Shown piece after piece: positions 30,331 through 43,541 of a DNA stretch of 64,000 nucleotides (its first letter is position 1; the number at the start of each line of letters is the position of its first letter). The notes under the pieces are model-generated. The model worked only from the letters and a program-made list of their open reading frames with translations. It did no database searches and was not told where the DNA came from. The translations under genes and the position numbers were made by a program. The stretch is from the human T2T-CHM13v2.0 reference genome, Homo sapiens: assembly GCF_009914755.1 (NCBI RefSeq), contig NC_060931.1; one strand, 5' to 3'.

Positions 30331-31589
30331 GGAATAAAATGGATTGGAATGGAATGGAGTGGAATGGAATGCAAAGGAATGGAATGGAATGGAATGGAAA
30401 GCCATGGAATCAACCAGATTGGAATTGAATGGAAGGGAATGGAATGGAATGGAATGGAATGGAAAGGAATTTAATGGAATGGAAAGGAATGAAATGGAAT
30501 ACAATGGAATGGAATCAACCCGAATGGAATGCAATGGAATCGAATGCAATGGAATGGAATGGAAAGGAATCAACCTGAGTGGCATGGAATGGTATGGAAT
30601 GGAATGGAAAGGAATGGATTCAACACGTGTGGAATGGAGTGGAATGGAATTGAATGGAATGGGAGGTAATGGAATGGAATATAGTGGAATGGAAGGGAAT
30701 GGAATCAAACCGAATGGAATCAACCTGAGTGGAATAGAATGCAAAGGAATGGATTGGAATGGAATGGAACCAACCCGAGTGAAATGGAATGGAACTGAAT
30801 GGAATGGAATGGAATGGAACGGAATGGAATGGAATGGAATAGAATGGAATGCATTGGAATGGAATGGAATGGAATGGAATGGAATGGAATGGAATGGTAT
30901 GGATTGGAATGGAATGCAATGGAATGGAATCAACCCGAATGGATGGGAATGGAAAGTAATGGAATAAAATGGAATGGAATGGAATCAACCCGATTAGAAT
31001 GGAATCGAATGGAATGGAATGGAATTGAATTGAATGGAATGAAATGGAATACAATGGATTGGAATGGAATGGAATGGAATAGAATCAACCCGAATGGAAT
31101 GGAATGGAATGGAATGGAATAGAGTCAAACAGAAGGGAATGGAATGGAATGGAATGGAATGGAATGGAATGCAAAGGAATGGAATGGAATGGAATGCAAT
31201 GGAATGGAATGGAATGGAATCAACACGAGTGGAATGCAATGGGAGTGGACAGGAATGGAATGGAATTGAATGGAATGGAATGAAATGAACCTGAGTGCAA
31301 TGGAATGGAATGGAATGGAATCAAATGGAATGGAATGGAATGGAATGGAATGGAATGGAATGGAATCAAACAGAGTGGAATGGAATGGAATGGAATGGAA
31401 TCAACCAGGTTGGAATGGAATGCAAGGGAATGGAATGGAATCGAATGAAATGGAAAGGAATCATCCGGATTGGAATGGAAAGGAATTGAATGGAACAGAA
31501 TGGAATGGAATCAACCTGAATGTAATGGAATGGAATTGAATTGAATGGAACGGAAAGGAATGAAATGGAATGGAATGGAATGGAATGGA

Positions 31590-31790
31590 ATGGAATGGAA
31601 TGGAATGGAATGCATTGGAATGGAATGGAAAGGAATCATCTCGAATGGAATGGATGGAATGGAATGCAATGGAATGGAATGGAATGGAATGGAATGGAAT
31701 GGAATGCATTGGAATGGAATGGAAAGGAATCATCTTGAATGGAATGGATGGAATAGAATGCAATGGAATGGAATGGAATGGAATGGAATG
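31590..31790. repeat. Local 94-bp tandem duplication
   Basis: tgcattggaatggaatggaaaggaatcatct(c/t)gaatggaatggatgg at 31611 and 31705. Confidence 0.8.
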
Positions 31791-32828
31791 GAATGGAATG
31801 GAATGGAATGGAATGAACCAGAGTGGAATGGAATGGAATGGATTGGAATTGAATGGAATGGAATTTAATTGAATGGAATGGAAAGGAGTCGAATGGAATG
31901 GAATGGAATGGAATGGAATGGAATGGAATGGAATGGAATGTACCCGAGTCAAATGGAATAGGATGGAATGGAATGGAATGGAATGGAATGGAATGGAATA
32001 AAACCGAATTTAATGTAATGGATTGCAATGGAATGGCATGGAATGGAATGGAAAGGGAAGGAATATAATGGAAAGGAATTAACCCAAGTGGAGTGGAGTG
32101 GAATGGAATGGAATGGAATGGAATGGAATGGAATAGAATGGAAATGGATGAACTCGAGTGGAATGGAATGGAATGGAATGGAAAGGAATCGAATGGAATG
32201 GACAGGAATGGAATGGAATCAACCCGAGTGAAAAGGATTAGAATGGAATGGAATGGAATGGAATGGATTGGAAAGGAATGGAATAAACCCGAGTGGAATG
32301 GAATGGAATGGAATGGAATGGAATGGAATGGAATGGAATGGAATGCAATGCAATGGAATGCAATGGAATGGAATAAACACTAATGGAATGGAATGGAATG
32401 GAATCAAATGCAATGGAATCAATCCGAATGGAATGGATTGAAAGGGAATTGAATGCAGTTGAATGAAATCAACCTGTATGGATTGGAATGGAATGGAATG
32501 CAATGGAAAAGAATGGAATGGAATGGAATGCAATGGAAAAGAATGGAATGGAATGGGACGGAATGGAATGGAATGCAATGAAATATAATCTACCCGAGTG
32601 GAATGGACTGGAATGCATTGGAATGGAATGTAATGGAATCAAAGCCAGTAGAATGGAATTAGATGGATTCGAATGGAATGGAATCAACCCGAATGGAATG
32701 GAATGGAATGGAATGGAGTGGAATGGAATCAAAGCAAATGGAATTGAATGGAATGGAATTAACAGTAAGGGAAAGGAATGGAATTCAATGTCATCAACCC
32801 GAGTTGAATGTAAAGGAATGGAATAAAA

Positions 32829-32872
32829 TGGAATGGAATGGAATGGAATTGATTCCATTCCATTCCATTCCA
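32829..32872. other. Inversion junction J2 (G-to-C switch); 21-bp perfect inverted arms, 2-nt spacer
   Basis: tggaatggaatggaatggaat-TG(32850-32851)-attccattccattccattcca. Confidence 0.95.
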
Positions 32873-33536
32873 CTCGGGTTGATTCCTTTCTATTCCATTC
32901 TATTCCATTCCATTTCATTCCATTCCACTCGGCTTTATTCCATTCCATTCCATTGCATTCCACTCAATTCCATTTCATTCCGTTCCATTCCACTCCACTC
33001 CATTCCATTCCATTCCATTCCACTTGCCTTGATTCCCTTCCATTCCACTCCATTCTGCGTCATTCCATTACATTCAATTCCGTTCCATTCCACTCGTGTT
33101 CATTCCAATCCATTCCATTCCATTCCCTTTCATCCCATTCCTTTCCATTACATTCCATTGCATTCCACTACAAACTTTCCATTTCATTCCATTCCATCCT
33201 ATTCCACTCCCCTCCTTTCCTTTCCATTCCACTCCACTCCATTGCATTCCATTCCATTCCATTCCATTCCATTCCATTCCATTTCATTGAATTCAACTTG
33301 GGTTTATTCCATTCCATTCCACTCTAGTTTATTCCATTCCATTCCAATCTACTGCATTCCATTGCAATCCATTCCATTCCATTCCTTTCCACGCTATTCC
33401 ATTCCATTCCTTTCCATTCCATTTCATTCCATTCCATTCCGCTCACGGTGATTCCATTCCGTTAAATTCCATTCTAATCCATTCGATTCCATTCGTGTTG
33501 ATTCCGTTCCATTTCAGTCCATTCCTTTCCATTCCA
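32852..33536 (-). repeat. HSat3 block 3: short (~685 bp) inverted C-rich island
   Basis: ATTCC repeats with an ACTCGGGTTG decamer (32872-32881), flanked on both sides by GGAAT-oriented sequence. Confidence 0.95.
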
Positions 33537-33547
33537 ATGGAATGGAA
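33527..33547. other. Inversion junction J3 (C-to-G switch), coincident with a subfamily boundary
   Basis: ttccattcca-A(33537)-tggaatggaa. Decamer-type sequence lies to the left and decamer-free sequence to the right. Confidence 0.95.
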
Positions 33548-36500
33548 TAGAATGGAATGCAATAAAGGGGAACGGAGAGGAATCGAGTGGAGTGGAATGA
33601 GATGGAATGGAATCTTATGAAATGGAATTGAAAGCATGGACTGGAATCAAATGGAATGAAATCGAATGTTATGAGAATCGAATGGCATAGACTGGAATGG
33701 AATGGGCTCGAATGGATTGGACTGGAAGAAAAAGGAATCAAACATATTGGAATCGAACAGAACAGAGTGGAATGGAATGGAATTGAATGGACTCGAAAGG
33801 AATGGAGTCAAATTGAAAGGAACCGATTGGAATGGAATGGAATGGAATGGAAAGGAAATGAAAAGAAAAGAATGGAATGGAGTGTAAAGGAAAAATATCG
33901 AATGGAGTGCAATGGACTCTAATGGATTCGAGTCGAATGGAATGAAATCGAATGGAATGGAATCGAATGGAATGGAATTGAATAGAATCGAAAGGAATAG
34001 AATCGAATGGAGTTTAATGGAAAGATATCAAATGGAAAAGAATGGAATGGAGTTGATTCGAATGGAATTGAATGGAATGGAATGGACTGGCATGAAATGG
34101 ACTGGGGAGGATTGGACTCGAATGGAAAGGAAATGAATGGAGTGGAAAAGAGTGGAAAGGAATGGAATACAATGGAATGGAATGGGATGGAATGGAATGG
34201 AAAGGAATGGAGTCGAATGGAATAGAATCGAATGGAATGGCATCAGATGGAATGGAAAGGAATGGAGTGGACTCGAATGGAATGGACTCGATTGGACAGA
34301 ATCGAATGGAATGGCATCGAAAGGACTGGAATGGAATGGCATGGAAAAAATGTAATGGACTCGAATGGAATGGACTCAAATATAATGGACTTGAAAATAA
34401 TGGTCACGAAAGGAATTTATTCAAATATAATGGAATCAAAAGGAATACAATAGTAATGAATTGAATCGAAAGAACTGGAATCGAAAGGAATGGACTAGAA
34501 TTGATTGGAGTGGAATAGAAAGGACTTCAATGTAACAGAATGTAATGTAATTGAGTTGAAAGGAATGGAATCGAATGTAATGAAATCAAATGGAATGGAA
34601 TGGAATACCATGGAATGGAACAGAACGGAATGCAATGGAATGGAACTGCACAGAATATAGAGGAATAGAATCGAATGGAATGGAATTGAATGGAATGCAA
34701 TCAAACGGAATGGAGTTCAATGGAATGCACAGGAATGGAATTGACTCGAATGGATTGGAATGGAAAAAAATGGAATTGATCGGATTGGAATCAAACTGAA
34801 TGGAATGGCATGGAATGGAATGGAATGGGATGGAATGGAATCGAATGGAATGGATTGGAATGGAATGCGATGGAATGGAATGGAATGGAATGGACATGAT
34901 TGGAATGGAATATAATGGAATGGAACCAAATGGAACTGAATCAAAGAATTGAAGTTAATGGAATCAAAAGGGATAGAATAGAATGGAAAGGAAAGAAAAG
35001 ATATCTAATGGAAAGGAATGGAATGGAATGGAGTCAAATGGAACACAATACAATGGAATGGCATCGAATATAATGGAATGGAACGGAATGGAATCAAATG
35101 GAATGCATTGGAATGGAATGCGATGGAATGGAATCGAATGGAATGGACATGATTGGAATGGAGTATAATGGAATGGAACCAAATGGAACTGAATCAAAGA
35201 ATTGAAGTTAATGAAATCGAAAGGGATAGAATGGAATGGAAAGGAATGAAAAGATATCTAATGGAAAGGAGTGGAATGGAATGGAGTCAAATGGAACACA
35301 ATACAATGGAATGACATCGAAGATAATGGAATGGAATGGAATGGAATCGAATGGAATGGACTCAAATGGAATAGAATTCAGTGGAATGGCATTGAATGGA
35401 ATGGAATGGAATGAAACCAAATGTAAAGGACTCGAACAGAATAGACAGAAATGGAATGGACTGGAAAGGAATGGTCTCGAATGGAATTTATTCGAATAGA
35501 ATGGAATCGAAAGCAATGCAATAGTATGGAATGCATCCAAATGGAATCGACTGGAATGGAATGGAATGGAATAGAACCAACTCAAATGTAATGGATTGAA
35601 ATGTAATTCATTCGAATGGAATGGTATTGAATGGAATGCAACCAAATGGAATGGAATGGAATAGAATGGAATTCAATAAAATGGAACTGAGTAGAATCGA
35701 GTGGAATGGAATCTAAAGGAATGGAATCGGATGGAATGGACTGGAATGGAATGGTCTGGAACAAAATGGAATTGAACAGATTGGAATTGAGCAGAATAGA
35801 AAATAACGCACTGGATTAGAATGGTCTCGAATAGAATGGAGTCGAATGGAATGGAAGCAAAAGGAATGGAATTGAATGAAATGGACTGGAGTGGAATGGA
35901 CACAAATACAAAGGAAAAGATTGGAAAGGAATGGAATGGAATGGAATGGAATGGAATGGAATGGAATTGGATGGAACGGAATTGAATTGAATGGATTTGA
36001 ATGGAATATAATTCAATGGAAAGGCAATGAATGGAATGGAACGGATTAGGAATGAATTCGAAAGGAATAGAATTGAACGGAATGACATCGAATGCAATGG
36101 AATGGAATGACATCGAATGCAATGGAATGGAATGCAGTGGAATGGAATGGAATGGAATGGAATGCAATGGAATGGAATGGAATGGAATGGACCCGAATGT
36201 AATGGACTCGAATGGAATGGACTCAAGTAGGATGGACACAAAAGGAATGGTCTCGAACGGAATATATTCAAAGAATGGAATCGAATCGAATGTAATAGCA
36301 TGGAATGGAATCAAATGTAATGGAATCAAAAAGAATGCACTGGAATGGAATGGAATGGAAAAGAACGGACTCGAATGTAAAGGATTGCAATCTAAATGAT
36401 TTGAATGGAATGGATTTGAAAGGAATGTAATCAAATGGAATGGAAAGGAGTGCAATGGTATGGAATAGAATGGAAGACAATGGAATGGAAAGGAATGCAA

Positions 36501-36630
36501 TTGAGTGGAAATGAATCGAATGGAATAGAATTGAATGGAATGGACTGGAATGGAATGAAAAAGAATGGAATGGACTGGAACAAAATGTTATCAAAATGAT
36601 TGAAATCGAATGCATAGGCATGTAATGTAA
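33538..36630 (+). repeat. Decamer-free, highly diverged GAATG satellite island (HSat3A/DYZ1-like subfamily)
   Basis: No TCAACCCGAG decamer seen between 33538 and ~36720. Instead GGACTCGAATGG, GAATCGAATGG and GGACTGGAAT are frequent (e.g. 33789, 34269, 36204). Decamers resume at 36721. The subfamily label comes from recalled DYZ1-type motifs and was not searched. Confidence 0.75.
34830..35350. repeat. 253-bp tandem duplication inside the decamer-free island
   Basis: ggacatgattgg...ggaaccaaatggaactgaatcaaagaattgaagttaatg...aagatatctaatgg...ggaacacaatacaatgg occurs twice, offset 253 (c of gacat at 34895 and 35148). Confidence 0.9.
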
Positions 36631-37479
36631 ACGAATGGAATGGAATGGAATGGAATGGAATGAAATGGAATGGAAAGGAATGGAATGGAATGGAATGGAA
36701 TGGAATGGAATGGAATGGAATCAACCCGATTGAAATGGACTGGAATGGAATGGAATGGAAAGGAATGGAATCAACCCGTGTGAAATGGAATGGAATGGAG
36801 TTTAATGGAATGGAATGGAATGCAATGGAATGGAATCAGTCTGAATGGAATGGAATCAACACGAGTGGAATGGCATGAAATGGAATTGAATGTAAGGGAA
36901 TGGAATGGAATCAACTTGAATGTAATGGAATGGAATGAAATGGAGTGGAATGGAATGGAATGGAATGGTATCAACACTAGTGGAATGGAATGCAATGGAA
37001 TCGAAAGGATTGTAATGGAATGGAATTGAATGTATTCATCGCGAGTAGAATGGGACAGAATGCAACGGAATGGAATGGAATGGAATGGAATGGCTTCAAC
37101 CAGAGTGGAAAGGAATTGAATGGAATGGAATTTAATTGAATGGAAAGGAATGGAATGGAATAGAATGGAATCAACCCGAGTGGAGTGGAGTGTAATGGAA
37201 TGGAATGGAATGGAATGGAATGGAATCAACCCGAGTGGAATGGAATGGAATGGAATCAAATTCATTGGAATGGAATGGAGTGGAATGGAATCAACCCGAG
37301 GGTAATGGCATGGAATGGAATGCAATGGAATAGAATGGAATGGAATAGAATCAAACAGATTGGAATGGATTGGAATGGAATGGAATGGAATAGAATGGAA
37401 TGGAATAGAATCAACCTGAACGGAATGGATTGGAATGGAATGGAATGGAATGAAATGAAATAGAATGGAATTGAATGTA

Positions 37480-37810
37480 ATGGAAACAACACAAATGGTA
37501 TGGAATGGATTGGAATGGAATCAACACGAGTGGAATGGAATGGAAATGTATGGAATGTAATGGAAAGGAATGGAATGGAATGGAATAGAATCAACCTGAG
37601 TGGAATGGCATGGAAGGCAATGGAATGGAATGGAATAGAATGGAATGGAATAGAATCAACCCGAACGGAATGGATTGGAATGGAATGGAATGGAATCGAA
37701 TGGAATGGAATTGAATGGAATGAAATCAACACGAATGGTATGGAATGGATTGGAATGGTATCAACCCGAGTGGAATGGAATGGAAAGGTATGGAATGCAA
37801 TGGAATGGAA
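37480..37810. repeat. Repeated ~80-bp motif block, offset 240 bp
   Basis: caacac(a/g)aatggtatggaatggattggaatgg.atcaac.cgagtgg...ggaaa.gtatggaatg at ~37487 and ~37727. Confidence 0.7.
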
Positions 37811-40800
37811 TGGAATCAACTGGAATGGAATGGAATGGAATGCAAATGGATCAACCCTAGTGGAATGGAATGAAATGGAATCAACTGGATTGGAATGGAA
37901 TGGAATGGAATGGAATCAACGCGAGTGGAAAGGAATGGAATGAAACGGAATTGAATGGAATGGAATGGAATGGAATGGAATGGAATGGAATCGAATGGAA
38001 TGGATTGAAAGCGAGTGGAATGCAATGGAATGGAATTGAATGGAAATGAATGGAAAGGAATGGAATCGAATGGAATGGAATCAACCCGGCGGGAATGGGA
38101 TGGAATGGAATGGAATGGAATGGAAAGGAACTGAATGGAATTAACTCGAGAGGAATGGAATGGAATAGAATGGAATCAACAGATGTGGAATGGAATACAA
38201 TGGAAAGGAATGCAATGGAATTGAATGGAATCAACACGATTGGAATGGATTTCAATGGAATGGAATGGAATGGAGTCAACCCGATTGGAATGGAATTTAA
38301 TGGAATGGAATGGAATGGAATCAACGCGAATGGAATGGAATGGATTGGAATGGAATCAACCCGCGTAGAAGAGAATTGAAAGGAATGGAAATTAAAGGAA
38401 TGGAATGGAATGAAGTGGAATGGAATGGAATGGAATCAACTGGAATGGAATGGAATGGAATGGAATTGAATGGAATGGAATGAAATCAACCCGAGTGGAA
38501 TGGAATGGAATGGAATCAAATGGATTGGAATGTAATGTAATGGAATGCAATGAACACTAGTGGAATGGAATTGAATGGAATGGAATGGAATGGTACGGAA
38601 TGGAGTGGAATGAAAGGGAATGGATTCAACCCAAATGGAATGGAATGGAATGAAATGGAATGGAATTTAATCAACCCGAATGGAACGGAAAAAATGGAAT
38701 GGAATCAACCAGAGTGGAATTGCACGAAATGGAATTGAATTGAATGGAATGGAATGGAAACAACCCGAGTGGAATGGAATGGAATGGAATGGAATCAACA
38801 CGAGTGGAATGGAAAGTAATGGAATGGAACGGAATGGAATGGAATGGAGTGGAATGGAATGGAATGGAATGGAATGGAATGGAATGGAATGGAAGGGAAC
38901 CAACCCGAATGGAATGAAATGAAAAGCAATGGAATGAAATGGAATGGAATCAACCCAAATGGAATGGAATGGAAGGGAATGGGATGGAATGGAATGGAAA
39001 GGAATGGAGTTGAATGGAATGGAAGGGAATGGAATTTGAAGGAAAGGAATGGAATTGAATGGAATGGAATAAAATGGAATGGAATCACCGCGAATAGAAT
39101 GGAATGGATTGGAATGGAATGGAGTGGAATGGAATGGAATGGAATGGAATCAACAGAGATGAATGGAATGGAATGGAATGGAATGGATTCAACCCGAGTG
39201 GAGTGGAATGTAATGTAATGGAATGGAATGCAATGTACTGGAATGGAATGGAATGGAATGCAGTGGAATGGAATCAACCCAAATGGAATGGAATGGTATG
39301 GAATCAACTTGAGTGGAATGGCATGGAATGGAATTGAATAGAACAGAATGGAATGGAATCAACCCGAGTGGAATGTAGTGGAATGGATTGGAATGGAATG
39401 GAATGGAATCAACCTGAGTGTAATGGAACGGATTCGAATGGAATGGAATGGAATGGAATGGAATCAACATGAGTGGATTGGAATAGAATGGAATGGAATG
39501 GTAAGGAATGGTATGAACCCGAATGGAATTGAAAGGAAAGGAATGGAATGGAATGGAGTGGAATAAACCCAAATGGAATTGAATGGAATGGAAAGGAATG
39601 GAATGGAATCAACCTGAGTGGCATGGCATGGAATGGAATTGAATGGAATGGAATGGTTCGGAATCAACCAGAATGGAATGGAATGGAATGGAATGGAATG
39701 GAATCAACCCGAGTGGAATGGAATGGAATGGAATGGTATGGAATGGAATGGAATGCAATCAAACTGAATGAAATGGAATGGAATACAGTGGAATGGAATC
39801 AACGCCAATGGAATAGAATAGAATCTAATGGATTGGAATGGAATAAACCCGAGTGGAATGGAATGGAATGGATAGGAATAGAATGCAATGGAATGCAATC
39901 CACGTGAATTGAATGCAATGGAATGGAATGGAATGGAATGGAATCAACCCGATTGGATTGGAATGGAATGGAATGGAATGGAATGGAATCAAACCGAGTG
40001 GAATGGAATGGAATGGAATGCAATGGCATGGAAAGGAATGGAGTAGAACGGAATGGAATGGAATCATCTGGAATGCAATGCAATGGATAGGAATGGAATG
40101 GAATGGAATGGAATGTTATCAACGTGAATGGAACGTAATGGAATGGAATAAAATCAACCCGATTTGAATGGCATGGAATAGAATTGAATGGAAGGGAATG
40201 GAATGGAATCAACCTGAATGTAATGGAATGGAATGAAATGGAATGGAATCGGATGGAATCGAATTGAATCAAGGCGAGTGGAATGGAATGGAATTGAATT
40301 GAATGGAGTGGAATGGAATGGAATGGAATGGAATGGAATCAACCCTAGTGGATGGGATTGCAATAGATTCGAATGGATTGGAATGGAATGCAATCAACGT
40401 GAGTGTAATGGAATGGAACGGAATGGAATGGAATGGAGTGGAATGGATTCAACGCGAGTGGAATGGAATGGAATTGAATGAAATGGAATGGAATGGAATG
40501 GAATGGAATGGAATTGAAGGGAAAGGAATGGAATGGAATGGAATGGAATCAACCCTAGTGGAATGGAACGGAATGGAAAAGAATGGACTGGAATGGGAAG
40601 GAATGGAATGGAATGGAATGGAATGGAATGGAATGGAATGGAATGGAATGGAATGGAATGCAATGGAATGGAATCAACCAGAGTGGAATGGAATGGAATG
40701 CATTGGAACAAAATGGAATGGAAAGGAATGGAATCAAACCGAGTGGAATGGCATGGAATAGAAAGAATGGAATGGAAGGGAATGGAATGCAATTCAATGA

Positions 40801-42649
40801 AATCAATCCGAATGGAATGGAATGGAATGGAATGGAAACAACTCGAGTGGAATGACATGAAATGGAATTGAATGGAAGGGAATGGAGTGGAGTCAACCTG
40901 AATATAATGGAATGGAATGGAATGGAATGGAATGGAATGGAGTGGAATCAACGCGAGTGGAATGGAATGCAATGGAATCGAATGCATTGGAATGGAATGG
41001 AATGGAATCACACCGAGTGTAATGGAAAGGAATGGAATGGAATGGAATGGAATGGTATCAAACCAAGAGGAATGGAATGGAATGGAATGGGATGGAATGG
41101 AATGGAATGGAATGGAATCAACCCGAATGGAATGGAATGGAATGGAATGGAATGGAATAAAGCCGAGTAGAATGGCATGGAATGGAATTGAATGGAACGG
41201 AATGGAATGGAATCAATCCGAGTGGAATGGAATGGAAAGAAATGGAATGGAATGGAATGGAATGGAATCAACTGGAGGGGAATGGAATGGAGTGGAATGG
41301 AATGGAATGGAATGGAATGGAATGGAATGGAGTGGAATGGAATGGAATGGAATGGAATGGAATGGAATGGAATGGAATGGAATCAAGCTGATTGGAATGG
41401 AATGGAATGGAATGGAATGGAATGGAGTGGAATTGAATGGAATGGAATGGAACGCAATGGAACGGAATCAAGCCTAGTTGAATGGAATGGAATGGAATGG
41501 AATGGAATTTAATGGAATGAAATGGAAAGGAATTGAATGGAATCAACTGGAATGGAACAGAACGGAATGGAATGGAATGGAATGGAATGGAATGGAATCT
41601 AATGGAACGGAATGGAATGGAATAGAATGGAATCAACCAGAGTTGAACGGAATGGAATACAATGGAATGCAATTGAATGGAAAAAACCCGAGTTGAATGG
41701 AACGGGATGGAATGGAATGCAATGGAATGAAATCGAAAGAACAGGAATGGAATACAATGGAATGGAATGAAATGGAATGGATTGGAATGGAATGGAATGG
41801 AATGCAATAGATTGGAATGGAATGGAATGGAATGGAAACAACCTGAGTGGAATGGTATGGAACGGAATGGAATGGATCGGAAAGTAACGGAATGGAATTG
41901 AATGGAATGGAATGGAATGGAATGTAAGGGAATGCAATGGAATGGAATGGAATGGAATGAATCCGAGTGGAATGGAATGGAATGGATTGGAATGTAATGT
42001 AATGGAATGGAATGGAATGGAATGGAAAGGAATCAACCGTGGTGGAATGAAACTGAATGGAATGGAATGGAACTGAATGCAGTGGAATGGAATGGAAAGG
42101 AATGAAATGGAATGGAATGGAATGGAATGTACCCGAGTCGAATGGAATAGAATGGAATGGAATAGAATGGAATGGAATGGAATGGAATGGAATGGAATTA
42201 AATGGAATGGAATAACCCCGAATGGAATGTAACGGATTGGAATGGAATGAAATGGAATGGAATGGAATGGAATAGAATTTAAAGAAATGTACACGATTGG
42301 AGTGGAATGGAATGGAATGGAATGGAATGGAATGTAAAGGTACAGAATGGAAAGGGATGAACCCGAGTGGAATGGAATGGAATGGATTGGAATGGAATGG
42401 AATGGGATGGGATGGAATTGAATCAACCCAAGTTAAAAGGAATGGAATGGAATGGAAAGGAATGGAATAAACCCGAGTGGAAAGGAATGGAATGGAATGC
42501 AACAGAATGGAATTGAATGCAATGGAAAGGAATGCAATTGAATGGAAACAACCAGAATAGAATGGAATGGAATGGAATCCAATGCAATGGAATCAATCCG
42601 AATGCAATGGATTTGAATGGAATGGAACTCAATGGAATGAAATCAACCC

Positions 42650-43325
42650 GAATGGATTGGAATGGAATGGAATGCAAAGGAAAGGAATGGAAAGGAATCC
42701 AATGGAATGGAATGGAATCAACTCCAATTGAATGGAATGGAGAGAAATGGAATCAAGGCGAGTGGAATGGAAAGGAAAACAATGAAAAGAATGGAATGGA
42801 TTGGAATGGAAACAACCAGAGTGGAAAGGAATGGAATGCAATGGAATGGAATGGATTGGAAAGGAATGGAAAGGAATGTAATGGAATCAACACGAGTGCA
42901 ATGGAATGGAATGGAATGGAATGGAATGGAATGGAATGGAATGGAATGCAATGGAATATAATCAACCAGAGAGGAATGGACTGGAATGGATTGGAATGGA
43001 ATGAAATGCAAAGGAAAGGAATGGAATGGAATCGAATGGAATGGAATGGAATCAACTCCAATTGAATGGAATGGAGAGAAATGGAATCAAGGCGAGTGGA
43101 ATAGAAAGGAAAACAATGAAAAGAATGGAATGGATTGGAATGGAAACAACCAGAGTGGAAAGGAATGGAATGCAATGGAATGGAATGGATTGGAAAGGAA
43201 TGGAAAGGAATGTAATGGAATCAACACGAGTGCAATGGAAAGGAATGGAATTGAATGGAATGGAATGGAATGCAATGGAATATAATCAACCAGAGAGGAA
43301 TGGACTGGAATGGATTGGAATGGAA
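42650..43325. repeat. ~330-bp tandem duplication just upstream of J4
   Basis: tcaactccaattgaatggaatggagagaaatggaatcaaggcgagtgg...ggaaaacaatgaaaagaatgg at 42718 and 43052. Confidence 0.9.
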
Positions 43326-43541
43326 TAAAATGGAATGGAATGGAATGGAAAGGAATCAACACGAGTAGAATAGAATGGAATGGAATCGAATGCAATGGAA
43401 TCAACCCGAATGGAATGGAATTAAATGGAATGGTATGGAATGGAATGGAATGGAATGGAATCAACAGTAATGGAATGGAATGGAATGCAATGGCATCAAC
43501 GCGAGTTGAATGTAAAGGAACGGAATAAAATGGAATGGAAG

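Larger units (their letters stand above)
11966..32849 (+). repeat. HSat3 block 2: G-rich (GAATG) on +; decamer-containing
   Basis: The + strand reads GGAAT repeats with TCAACCCGAGTGG decamers, from tggaatggaatggac (11966) to ...gaatggaat (32849). Confidence 0.95.

Noticed and set aside
31630-31745. HSat2-like GAATCATC motif
   Set aside because: Only two copies occur here, produced by a 94-bp local duplication of a mutated decamer.
33538-36630. Island as HSat2 or as a transposon or unique insertion
   Set aside because: It lacks the regular ATCATCGAATGG 23/26-bp HSat2 unit and remains GAATG-derived throughout. There is no poly-A tail, target-site duplication or Alu/L1 sequence.
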